NCBI GenBank assembly: GCA_963555995.3
Contig: OY821641.1
Coordinates: 224,001-288,000, forward strand
DNA length: 64,000 nucleotides
DNA from: Vicinamibacteria bacterium
Lineage (GTDB): Bacteria > Acidobacteriota > Vicinamibacteria > Marinacidobacterales > Marinacidobacteraceae
Direction of reading: 5' to 3'
The position numbers and the translations under genes were made by a program. Under the pieces are notes generated by a model. The model searched no databases. It was not told where the DNA came from and saw nothing but the letters and a program-made list of their open reading frames with translations. How positions within the stretch are numbered: position 1 is the stretch's first letter; each line of letters begins with the position of its first letter. This document shows, piece after piece, positions 32,026 through 42,204 of this stretch.

Positions 32026-32034
32026 TGCTATCCT
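32026..32034 (+). promoter_or_regulatory. Putative extended -10 promoter for tRNA-Gln
   Basis: TGcTATCCT about 20 nt upstream of the mature tRNA 5' end. Confidence 0.45.
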
Positions 32035-32053
32035 CATGCGTTCCCGCGACCAC

Positions 32054-32127
32054 TGGGAAGTCGTCCAATGGCAGGACACACGGCTCTGGACCGTGGAATC
32101 GGGGTTCGAGTCCCTGCTTCCCAGCCA
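32054..32127 (+). tRNA. tRNA-Gln (CUG)
   Basis: TGGGAAG acceptor; CACGG-CTCTGGA-CCGTG anticodon arm; GTTCGAG; GCCA end. Confidence 0.95.
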
Positions 32128-32195
32128 GCCGGGCGCGGGCGGAAGGGGCGTCCGCCCAGAGGGAGCCCCGACCTCCCAGGCGAAGGAGATCTCCG

Positions 32196-33122
32196 ATGAG
32201 AAAAAACACGATTCAGAAGGCCGGACTCGTGGCGCTCGGCCTGCTGTTTGTAGCGCAAACGGCCATGGCCCAGATGGGCACGGGCCGCGTCTCCGGAACG
32301 GTGAAGGATCAGGACGGGAACCCCATAGAGGGGGCCACCGTCACCGCCCAGGCCGGCGACTCGGGGCGGGTCCTCGAGGCCACCACGGACGACCGCGGCC
32401 GTTGGGCCATTCTCGGCTTCCGGTCCCGCGCCTACGACTTCTCGGTGCAGGCGGCGGGATTCATGCCCTACAACTACCAGGCGCCGATGCGGCAGGCGGG
32501 GAAGAACCCGGACATGGACCTCGTGCTCGAGCGCGCCCAGATGGGCCGGTCGGCGGGAACCGGCGGCGGACTCCTCGCTGAGGCCCAGGAACTCCACCAG
32601 GCGGGGCGCTACGACGAGGCGCTCGCGATGTACGACGAGGTCCTCACGACCGACCCGACGGTCTACCAGATCAACCTGAACCGGGCCGCGGTGCTGCGCG
32701 AACTGGGCCGGCCGGACGATGCGAAGGCGGCCTACCAGATCGTGCTGGATCAGGAACCCGGGAACGCAGCGGCGCTGGTGTCACTCGGCGAGATGTCCAT
32801 GGCCGACTCGGACATGGACGGCGCACTCGCGTACTGGGAACAGGCGGTCGATTCCACCGAGGACGAGGTGATCCCGTACAACGTGGCCCAGATCTCCTTC
32901 CAGAACGGAGAGACGGAAAAGGCTATCGAGTACTACCTGATCGCCGCCGACCGGCGCGCGGACTGGGCCGAGCCGTTCGTCCAGATCGGCATCGTCTATC
33001 TGAACATGGGCGACTTCCCCGCGGCCGCCGAACAGTTCGAGATGGCGATCGAGGTGGAGCCGGAGAGCGCTGCCGCCGCGCAGGCGCAGGCGATGCTGGA
33101 CGCACTGCCCAAGCCGGAGTAG
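32196..33122 (+). CDS. Secreted carboxypeptidase-regulatory domain plus TPR protein
   Basis: AAGGAG RBS; signal peptide; GRVSGTVKDQDGNPIEGATV; multiple TPR-like helices. Confidence 0.85.
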   Translation: MRKNTIQKAGLVALGLLFVAQTAMAQMGTGRVSGTVKDQDGNPIEGATVTAQAGDSGRVLEATTDDRGRWAILGFRSRAYDFSVQAAGFMPYNYQAPMRQAGKNPDMDLVLERAQMGRSAGTGGGLLAEAQELHQAGRYDEALAMYDEVLTTDPTVYQINLNRAAVLRELGRPDDAKAAYQIVLDQEPGNAAALVSLGEMSMADSDMDGALAYWEQAVDSTEDEVIPYNVAQISFQNGETEKAIEYYLIAADRRADWAEPFVQIGIVYLNMGDFPAAAEQFEMAIEVEPESAAAAQAQAMLDALPKPE

Positions 33123-33147
33123 CCGGCGCGCCGCCTGCCCGGCGGCT

Positions 33148-33330
33148 AACAGCCGGTGGTGGAACCCGCGTGAGCGACGAGACCGACGAGGCGCCCGGCT
33201 GACAAGGCGCGTGAGGGAGGAATACCGGGTGTATTTCGACCGAAACGCAACGCAGAGCAGAGCGAAGCGAAGCGGTTCAGCCGGGATGCATCGTAGGTCG
33301 AACGCCGCGTGGGTTTCGCTACCGGCTGTT
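33148..33330. mobile_element. 183-bp MITE-like structured element (family 2)
   Basis: Arms AACAGCCGGTGGTGGAACCC / GGGTTTCGCTACCGGCTGTT; core GGCTGACAAGGCGCG..GGAGGAATAC..GTATT..GACCGAA..GCAACG..GGTTCAGCC shared with copies at 50.15 and 54.0-54.4 kb. Confidence 0.8.
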
Positions 33331-33337
33331 CAATACC

Positions 33338-33422
33338 GGAGGGGTGGCCGAGCGGCTTAAGGCGGTGGTCTTGAAAACCACTGGCCCGAAAGGGTCCGGG
33401 GGTTCGAATCCCTCCCCCTCCG
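33338..33422 (+). tRNA. tRNA-Ser (UGA)
   Basis: GGAGGGG acceptor; GTGGT-CTTGAAA-ACCAC anticodon arm; long variable arm. Followed by CCG, so CCA is not encoded. Confidence 0.94.
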
Positions 33423-33441
33423 CCGCCGGGAATGGCTCGCC

Positions 33442-34194
33442 ATGATCAAGCCCAAACTGCTCATCACCGGCATCAACGGCCTCATTGGCAGGGTTCTGCG
33501 GGACCCCTTGGGGAAATCCTTCGAGATCTGCGGGCTGGACCTCGCGCCGCCATTTTCCGATCGGGTCTTCCAGGCCGACATCGCCGACGCCCGGCAGGTG
33601 TCGCAGGTCCTCGACAGGCTGGCCCCAGTCCAATGCGTGATCCATCTGGCGGGCCAAGCCGCCGTGGATACTGCCTGGGAGCCCGTGCTCCGGGTGAACA
33701 TCCAGGGAACCCGCAACCTCTACGAGGCCGCCCGGGTGTCGGGAGTCAAGCGGGTCGTCTTCGCCAGCTCGAACCACGTTACCGGCGCCTACGAGGGTTT
33801 CGCGCCCCACCTGCATCTCCACCGTGAGGCGGAACCGGTTCCCATCTCGGTGTACCACCCCATGCGTCCAGACAGCGACTACGGTGTGAGCAAGGCCTTT
33901 GGCGAGATTCTGGCCCGCTACTACTGCGCCCGTTGGGGCATGGAATCCATCTGCCTCAGGATCGGCTCGGTGTGCGCGGACGACGATCCCACCACCGATC
34001 CCAGGTTCCTGCGCACCTGGCTGAGCCACCGCGACCTGGTCCACCTGGTGGAGTGCAGTCTGAGCGCGAATGTCACCTATGGCGTTTACTACGGCGTGTC
34101 CAACAACAAGGGAGCCTTCTGGGATCTTTCCAATGCCCGCGCTGAGCTGGGTTATGACCCTCGGGACGATGCCTCTCGGCGAATTTCCGGATAA
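33442..34194 (+). CDS. NAD-dependent epimerase/dehydratase (uronate dehydrogenase-like SDR)
   Basis: LLITGINGLIG Rossmann motif; FASSNH; YGVSK; CLRIGS; TWLSHRD. Confidence 0.85.
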   Translation: MIKPKLLITGINGLIGRVLRDPLGKSFEICGLDLAPPFSDRVFQADIADARQVSQVLDRLAPVQCVIHLAGQAAVDTAWEPVLRVNIQGTRNLYEAARVSGVKRVVFASSNHVTGAYEGFAPHLHLHREAEPVPISVYHPMRPDSDYGVSKAFGEILARYYCARWGMESICLRIGSVCADDDPTTDPRFLRTWLSHRDLVHLVECSLSANVTYGVYYGVSNNKGAFWDLSNARAELGYDPRDDASRRISG

Positions 34195-34328
34195 GGCGGG
34201 TTACGCCCCTCTTGAGGGGGAGTCGGAGACGCCGTGCCGCAGAAGACGGCTGATGCGACGCGGGGGCCGCGTCAGCCACGATTGTTTCCAATCAGGCTGA
34301 GGAGGAGTACGCGTCCGGGGTTCCTCCG

Positions 34329-35708
34329 CTACCTCGCTACGAGGGCCAGGTTGTAGGGGTCGTTTCCGACGCCGGTCACCGTGCCCACGACGCGGCGCGA
34401 TCCAAGATCAATCACATAGACGTACCCGGTCTCCTCGGAGAACGGCTGCGACCCCGGCCCGCCGCTGATCACCAAGTAGCGGCCGTCGGGAGTGACCGCC
34501 GAGCCCTTCGGGCGGGCGGGCCGTCCATCCGCCCGGCTCAGCGGAATGCGCGCGACTTCGGCGCGTTCGCCGGCCAGCGCCAGCTCAAGGTCCACGAGCG
34601 ACACGTTGTTCGCGCGGACATTCGGGACGATCACCTCCCTCCCGTCCGGGGTCACGGACAGGATCAGCGGATGTGTCTGCTCCTCGGGATCATCGGTCCC
34701 GACGAGGACCCGCGCCACCTCGGCGTCTTCGTCGCCGCCGCTCGCCCGAGCGACATCAATGATGGAAATCGTGTTCCCCGACCGGTTCTCCCGCTGGCTC
34801 CCTCCGTTGGCGACGATGACGTGGCGTCCGTCCGGGGTCGCCGTGATGCCCCAGGGGCCGACCTGCATCGGGATCCGTCCGATCTCCGCAAGCCGGTCTC
34901 CTTCGAGAGCACCGGCGAGGGAGATCACCGACACGTCGTTCGTGCCGCCATTGGCGGAGAACACGTACTCGCTGCCATCGCCGGCGCGACCGAGCGCCAA
35001 TCCGTTCGGATTGGGGAAACATCCCAGGTGGGGACCGGGGGCGAGTACGGCCAGATTCCGGGGCGGCCCATAGGGGGCGGCGTAGGGGACAGGGTATTCC
35101 TCGCAGGCGAACCCGGGCGAGCCGAGCGCCAACTCCACCGTGGCGCGGAGACTCCCCGTCCGCCGATCAAGGAACGTGATGCGGTTGCCGCCGTCCTCGG
35201 TCAGGTGGTTCTCGGCGTTGCCGACGATCAGCATGTCCGGCAGCAGCACGACGCCGAGCGCGCCGAAGCCGCCGGAGTCGAGGTGCCGCCGGAGCGCGTT
35301 GGCCGTTCGGTCGTTCGCCGGATCGAGGACGTCGGCAACGTCCAGCACCGCGATCATTCCCCGGCCGCCGTGTTGCCGGAACTCGACGTTATCAATGGCG
35401 CCATGGTGATTGACCACGTACACGGCGCCGCCGTCCTCGCTCACGGCCAGGTTGGCGGGATCGCCGAGGAGTTGACCGTCCAGCCGGTCGAGCGCCACCT
35501 TGGCGCGGCTGACGATCGCATTCGGGGTGTGGTCGTTCGCCGGAGCGATGGCGCGGTCAAGCGAGATCGCGTAGAGGTACGGCAGTCGCCGCCCCGTCGC
35601 GAGGATGTAGGTGCTCTGACCGGCGGCTTGGTGGACGCCGCAGACCGTCGCCAGCAGCGCGGCGATCACGAGCGTCCGGCGGGGGAGCGACGATGTTGAG
35701 GCAGGCAC
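34329..35708 (-). CDS. YVTN/YncE-type beta-propeller protein, secreted
   Basis: Repeats ANGGTNDVSVI, TPDGRHVIVAN, TPDGR, VGNDP; signal-like N-terminus. Start uncertain. Confidence 0.75.
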   Translation of the reverse strand: MPASTSSLPRRTLVIAALLATVCGVHQAAGQSTYILATGRRLPYLYAISLDRAIAPANDHTPNAIVSRAKVALDRLDGQLLGDPANLAVSEDGGAVYVVNHHGAIDNVEFRQHGGRGMIAVLDVADVLDPANDRTANALRRHLDSGGFGALGVVLLPDMLIVGNAENHLTEDGGNRITFLDRRTGSLRATVELALGSPGFACEEYPVPYAAPYGPPRNLAVLAPGPHLGCFPNPNGLALGRAGDGSEYVFSANGGTNDVSVISLAGALEGDRLAEIGRIPMQVGPWGITATPDGRHVIVANGGSQRENRSGNTISIIDVARASGGDEDAEVARVLVGTDDPEEQTHPLILSVTPDGREVIVPNVRANNVSLVDLELALAGERAEVARIPLSRADGRPARPKGSAVTPDGRYLVISGGPGSQPFSEETGYVYVIDLGSRRVVGTVTGVGNDPYNLALVAR

Positions 35709-35852
35709 GCCACCAGCTCCTTGTGGGGTGATCGGCACGGGAGCGTACCAACCCGAGCGGCCGGTTTCGGCCCGGGACCGACAGGAGCACCTGATCCCCC
35801 CGGCGCAGCGCGGCCTGCTACTGTTGCGCGCCCGCTGCCGGCGGCAACGACG

Positions 35853-37016
35853 ATGGACCGACGGACCCTGCTGCGACTTGGCGGCGGCGGTCTGTTGGGC
35901 GCCGGCCTCGGCGCCTGCGCGGCGCGTTCCGACATCCTGCCACGCGAGCCGGCGTTCCGCCTGCCGATCGTGAACGTGGCGTGGAACCGGATCATCCGCA
36001 CCACCGTGGGACTCCGGCCCTACCGCCCGTCGGGGTTCGTGCTCCGCGCCGACAAGCTCGGCGCCACCACCGTCCTCCACAACTACGGCCATGGCGGGTC
36101 CGGGATCTCGCTCTCGTGGGGCACCGGACGCCGGGTGGCCGAAATGGCGCTCGAACACCGGAGCCGGCAGGCCGCCGTGATCGGCTGCGGAGCGGTGGGA
36201 CTCGCGACGGCGCGCCAGCTCCAGCGCCGCGGCTTCGACGTGACGATCTACGCCATGTCGGTGCCGCCGAACACGACGTCGAACATGGCCTGGGCGGGGT
36301 TCACCCCCGCCGCCTGGCTGGTGGACGACACCATGCGGACGCCGGAGTTCGACGCCCGGTTCCGGGACGCCGCCGAGATCTCCTTTCGCGAGTTCCAGTG
36401 GCTGGTCGGCAGGGGGTATGGGGTGGACTGGCTCGACCGCTACACAGCCACCGACATCGAGCCGCGCGATCCGTCAGCCAGCCGGAGGCCTCGGCGCCGC
36501 GAACCGCTCCTCCCCGACCACCTGATCAGCGGCCGGCTCCGGCTGGGCCCCGGGGAACACCCGTTTCCCACCCGCTACGCAACCCGGCGCAGCTACATGC
36601 GGATCGAGCCGGCGACCTATCTGGACGCGCTCGTCCGCGACTTCGTGGAGGTCGGCGGGCGGATCGTGATCCGCAAGTTCACGGACGCCCGGGAACTTGT
36701 CGCACTCGATGAACCGCTGGTGATCAACTGCACCGGACTCGGATCCGGGGAGCTGTTCCCCGACCCCGAGTTGATGCCACTCAAGGGCCAGCTCACCGTG
36801 CTCGTCCCGCAGTCGGAGATCAATTACGCGGTGTCCGGGAACGCTCCGGGAGCGCCTCCGGGGGTGGGAGGTTTCAGCATGCAGCCGCGGAGCTCCGGGA
36901 TCATCCTCGGCGGGACCGGCGAGCGGGGAGAGTGGTCGCTGGAGCCGAATGCCGCGGCGCGCGAGTACATCGTGAACTCGAACGCCGACTTCTTTGCGAG
37001 GATGCGCAGCGTCTGA
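35853..37016 (+). CDS. D-amino-acid oxidase-family FAD oxidoreductase with Tat/lipoprotein signal
   Basis: MDRRTLL...LGAC; VGLRPYR and HNYGHGGSG precede VIGCGAVG; NCTGLG; KGQL. Confidence 0.85.
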   Translation: MDRRTLLRLGGGGLLGAGLGACAARSDILPREPAFRLPIVNVAWNRIIRTTVGLRPYRPSGFVLRADKLGATTVLHNYGHGGSGISLSWGTGRRVAEMALEHRSRQAAVIGCGAVGLATARQLQRRGFDVTIYAMSVPPNTTSNMAWAGFTPAAWLVDDTMRTPEFDARFRDAAEISFREFQWLVGRGYGVDWLDRYTATDIEPRDPSASRRPRRREPLLPDHLISGRLRLGPGEHPFPTRYATRRSYMRIEPATYLDALVRDFVEVGGRIVIRKFTDARELVALDEPLVINCTGLGSGELFPDPELMPLKGQLTVLVPQSEINYAVSGNAPGAPPGVGGFSMQPRSSGIILGGTGERGEWSLEPNAAAREYIVNSNADFFARMRSV

Positions 37017-37020
37017 CGGA

Positions 37021-37188
37021 CCGGAGGCGATGCGTCTCCTGCTGTACCGCGGGCAAGACCGGCTGCTGATAGGCGATGTCCTGTGTTTGCCGGTCGCGGA
37101 ATTCCTGCGGCGACTGCGTCCCGACCGCTCGTTGGCGGAGGTCGCCGAGTGGCCGCTTGCGAATGCGGTGAGTCCGCTACGGAAATAG
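37021..37188 (+). pseudogene. Remnant resembling the C-terminus of an AAA/DUF4143 ATPase
   Basis: PEAMRLLLYRGQDRLLIGDVLCLPVAEFLRRL resembles the terminal segment of this family as I recall it; no upstream ATPase portion. Confidence 0.5.
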
Positions 37189-37338
37189 CGGTCCAAGGCG
37201 TATGCGCCACCGTTGCGCATGGGCTCCACGCCGAGCCGGGAGCCGCGTTGTCCGGGGGAGTTACGACGTGCGCGTCGCGCCAGTTGCTGTGAAAATGCAG
37301 ATTCGGCGAATCGCTGTCCGTCGAGATGGCGCCGCTGG

Positions 37339-37584
37339 CTTGGAGCGCCGGCTTCAGCCGGCACAGCGAGCCGAAGGCTCGCGGACGTCGTCCCGCGGTG
37401 CTCGGTGATGGACGGAGAGCCGAACGCCGTCGGGCGCGCCAGCGTCGTGCCATCCGCTGCGCTCCGCGCAGCGGGTGCCGGCTGAAGCCGGCGCTCCAAG
37501 CCGTATGGCCATGCAGTCGAGCAGTTCTACGCGCTCTGCGGCGCGGAGCGCCGCGTGTGCCGGTCTGGGGACCGGCGTTCCAAG
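37339..37584. repeat. Three family-1 REP-like palindromes between convergent genes
   Basis: 37339-37364 direct; 37475-37500 and 37557-37584 inverted. Confidence 0.9.
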
Positions 37585-37594
37585 CCGTGTGCGC

Positions 37595-38884
<1,290 letters not shown>

Positions 38885-38932
38885 TTAGCCTAAACCGACA
38901 GCGGCTGGAGTGAATCTCCCCATTTCGTTCCC

Positions 38933-39973
38933 ATGTCCAAAACGCTTCCGCTTCCCGATTTCTTCGATTCCGAGCGCGTCGGCCAGCTCTACCGGGTCCC
39001 CTATGAGACCCGGGCCGCCGAGGCCCGCGCCTGGGCCGCGCGGCACGGGCTCGCTCCCGCGGCCGGCGACGCGCCGCGCGTCGGGCTCCTGCTGGTTGAT
39101 TGCCAGAACACCTTCTGCCTGCCGGGAGGCGAGCTCTTCGTCGCCGGCCGGTCGGGACTGGGCGCGGTGAAGGATTCGTGGCGCCTCTGCCAGTTCCTCT
39201 ACGGCCACCTGGACCGGATCAGCGAGATCATCCTGACGCTCGACACCCACACCGCGATCCAGGTCTTCCACGCCCACTTCTTCCTCGACCGGGACGGGAA
39301 CCCTCCCGCCGCGTACACCGCGATCACCTCGGATGACCTCGAAGCGGGCCGCTACCGGGTGAATCCAGAGGCGGCCGCGGCGGCCGGGCTCGACGAGACG
39401 GAACTCTCCCGCCACGCGCTCCACTACTGCCGCCGGCTGGAGTCGCAGGGGAAGTACGTGCTCGTCATCTGGCCCTACCACGCCATGCTCGGGGGCGCCG
39501 GGCACGCGGTGGTGCCGGCCATCGAGGAGGCCGTCTTCTTCCACTCGATCGCGCGGTCGGCCCAGCCGCGATTCGAGCCCAAGGGGCTGAACCCGCTGAC
39601 CGAGAACTACTCGGTGCTGCGGCCCGAGGTCCTCGACGACGCGGACGGGAACCCCATCGCGGAGCCGAACCGGCAGTTGCTCGACCATCTGCTCGGTTAT
39701 GACGCGCTCATCGTCGCCGGCCAGGCCAAGAGTCACTGCGTCGCCTGGACAGTGTCCGACCTGCGGGACGAGATCGCGCGGCGGGACCCGGACGGAACCC
39801 GGGGTCTCGCCCGCCGGGTCTTCCTGCTGGAGGACGCCACCTCGCCGGTCGTGGTCCCGGGGGCCGACTTCACCGACGCCGCCGACGCGGCCTACGACGA
39901 CTTCGAGCGTGCGGGGATGGTTCGGGTGCGAAGCACCGACCCACTCGAGGAGTGGCCCGGCTTTCCGGCCTGA
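38933..39973 (+). CDS. pncA: Nicotinamidase (isochorismatase/cysteine hydrolase family, long form)
   Basis: LLVDCQNTF (Asp), LDTH, WPYHAM, EPKG (Lys), GQAKSHCV (Cys); directly upstream of pncB. Confidence 0.8.
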   Translation: MSKTLPLPDFFDSERVGQLYRVPYETRAAEARAWAARHGLAPAAGDAPRVGLLLVDCQNTFCLPGGELFVAGRSGLGAVKDSWRLCQFLYGHLDRISEIILTLDTHTAIQVFHAHFFLDRDGNPPAAYTAITSDDLEAGRYRVNPEAAAAAGLDETELSRHALHYCRRLESQGKYVLVIWPYHAMLGGAGHAVVPAIEEAVFFHSIARSAQPRFEPKGLNPLTENYSVLRPEVLDDADGNPIAEPNRQLLDHLLGYDALIVAGQAKSHCVAWTVSDLRDEIARRDPDGTRGLARRVFLLEDATSPVVVPGADFTDAADAAYDDFERAGMVRVRSTDPLEEWPGFPA

Positions 39974-41201
39974 CGGCCGAACCCCCGGTCGCCTCTCTCC
40001 TCGACGTGGACTTCTACAAGTTCACGATGGGGCAGTTCGTCTTCCGGCTGCATCCCGGGGTGCGGGTCCGCTACCGGCTCCTCTGCCGGACGCCGGACGT
40101 CCGGCTGGCGGAGCAGGTGCCGGCCGAGGCGCTCCGGGACGCCCTCGACTCCATCCGGTCGCTGGCGTTCGCCCCGGCGGAACTCGAGTACCTCGGGGGG
40201 CTCGAGCCGCGCGGACTGTTCGGCGACGCCTACCTGGACTTCCTCCGGCGGCTCCGGCTGCCGCCGGTGGAGCTCGAAGTCCGGGACGGCAACTTCCGTC
40301 TCGAGGTCGAAGCCCCCTGGCCCGAGATGATCCTCTGGGAGACGCTCATGCTATCGGCGCTGAGCGAGCTCCTCTCCCGGGCCGCCCTCGCCGGGGCGGG
40401 CGCCGGGGCCCGCGAAGCGGCGGAGGCCGCGGGCCGGGAGCGGCTCGAGGGGAAGATCGCCGCGCTCCGCGAACGTCCCGGGATCCGCTTCGCGTCCTTC
40501 GGCACCCGCCGGCGGTTCTCGCGCGCCTGGCAGTTCGCGCTGGAGGAGCGTCTCGCCGAGGCGCTGCCGGAGCAGTTCGCCGGCACTTCCTGCGTGGCGT
40601 CGGCCTTCCGGCACGGTCTGGTTCCGGTGGGGACCATCGCCCACGAGGTCTTCATGGTGGGCGCCGCGCTCGGGGACGGATCGGACGAATCCATCCGCGC
40701 GTCGCCGCGCCGCGTGCTGGATGCCTGGTGGGACATGTACGGCGAGCCGTTCTCGCTCTTTCTCACGGATACCTGGGGCTCGGAGTTCTTCTTCGCCGAC
40801 ATCGGGGAAGCGCGCGCCCGGCGGTTTCGCGGGGTGCGCCAGGACTCCGGCGATCCGGCGGCCTTCGGGGAGCGCGCGATCCGCTGGTACGAAGACTCCG
40901 GCGTGGACCCGCGGGCGAAGTCCCTCGTCTTCAGCGACGGGCTGGAACTCCCCGACATCCTCGACCTGGAAGCGCGGTTCGCCGGACGGATCGGGGTGTC
41001 CTACGGCTGGGGCACCAACCTGACGAACGACTGCGGCGTCCCCAACGTCTCGCTGGTCGTGAAACCGGTGGCGGCGAACGGCCGGCCGCTCGTCAAGCTC
41101 AGCGACAACCCGGGAAGAGCACCGGGAGTCCCGCCGAGATCCGCCGCTATCGCCGGATCTTCGACGCTCCCGCCGCGCCGGCCCGCATCCCGAAGTATTG
41201 A
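39970..41201 (+). CDS. pncB: Nicotinate phosphoribosyltransferase, -1 frameshift at about 41112-41114
   Basis: SLLDVDFYKFTM, FGTRRR, GTIAHE, RQDSGDP, FSDGL, GWGTNLTND, KLSDNPG; the expected tail (KSTGSPAEIRRYRRIF) continues in the other frame to TGA 41201. Confidence 0.88.
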
Positions 41202-41226
41202 TCCGCCGGTTCGCCGGGGCCGCCCG

Positions 41227-42204
41227 TCACTTCCCTTTTTCCAATCCGCCCGCCTGGCGCGGATGGGCCTTCGAGTACACCTCGAAGATCCTGGCCGTCG
41301 AGACGTGGGTGTACTTCTGGGTGGTCGCGAGGCTCGTGTGCCCGAGCAGTTCCTGGATGGAACGCAGGTCGGCCCCGCGGTCGAGCAGGTGGGTCGCGAA
41401 CGCGTGGCGCAGCGTGTGCGGCGACACCGAGCCGGCAAGCCGGACGAGACCCGCTTCGCCCAGGTAGCGCCGCACCACGGTGCGCACCGACCGGTCGGAG
41501 AGCCGTCCGCCGCGCGCGTTCAGGAAGACCGCCTCCGGATTCCCCGCGGTTCCCTGGACGTCCGCCCGGACCCGGAGCCAGGGACCGAGCGCGTCGGCCG
41601 CAACCTCGCCGAAGGGGACCACCCGCTCCTTGCCGCCCTTGCCGAGGACCCGCAGGATCCGGCTGTTCCGGTTGACGTCGGCGAGGTCGAGACCGACCAG
41701 TTCGGAAACCCGGAGTCCGGTTCCGTAGAGGAGTTCGAGGATGGCGAGGTCCCGGCAGCCGAGCGGCGTGGCCGGGTCGGGCGCGTGCAACAGCGCCTCG
41801 ACCTCGTCCATTTCCATGCGGGTCGGGATCCTCGCCGGAGTCCGCGGTGCCCGGAGCGCCCGCGCCGGGTCCCGGCCCACCGCTCCCGAACGGGTGAGAT
41901 ACCGGTAGAGCGAGCGGAGGGCGGCCAGCTTCCGCGCGACCGTGGTGCTGGACAGCCCGCGTTCGTGCAGCGCTCCGAGGTAGGCGCGGAGAACCGCCGT
42001 GTCGGCGCCTTCCGCACCGGCGGACTCCTTCTCCGGCGCCGGCTTCGTTTCGAGGAACCCGGCGAACTGCGACAGGTCGCTGCCGTAGCTCCGCACCGTG
42101 TTGAGCGAGGCGCCCCGGCGCTCCTCGAGGTCTTCGAGGAAGTCCCGGATCAACGCGCGCAGCGGCGTCTCCGGTCTGCTCGCGGGTTCCTCGCCGGCGT
42201 TCAC
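41227..42204 (-). CDS. xerC: Tyrosine recombinase XerC
   Basis: GLRVSEL, GKGGKER, HTLRHAFATH, LLGH, TQKYTH; GTG overlaps the topA stop; dprA-topA-xerC synteny. Confidence 0.9.
   Translation of the reverse strand: MNAGEEPASRPETPLRALIRDFLEDLEERRGASLNTVRSYGSDLSQFAGFLETKPAPEKESAGAEGADTAVLRAYLGALHERGLSSTTVARKLAALRSLYRYLTRSGAVGRDPARALRAPRTPARIPTRMEMDEVEALLHAPDPATPLGCRDLAILELLYGTGLRVSELVGLDLADVNRNSRILRVLGKGGKERVVPFGEVAADALGPWLRVRADVQGTAGNPEAVFLNARGGRLSDRSVRTVVRRYLGEAGLVRLAGSVSPHTLRHAFATHLLDRGADLRSIQELLGHTSLATTQKYTHVSTARIFEVYSKAHPRQAGGLEKGK

Noticed and set aside
34313-34329. GTCCGGGGTTCCTCCGC resembling a deleted copy of the tRNA-Ser(UGA) 3' end (possible attR)
   Set aside because: The match is short, GC-rich and needs a large gap; no integrase is nearby, so it cannot be told from chance.
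41227-42204. Tyrosine recombinase as a phage or island integrase
   Set aside because: XerC-like size and motifs, translationally coupled to topA in the dprA-topA-xerC context, with no att sites or cargo.
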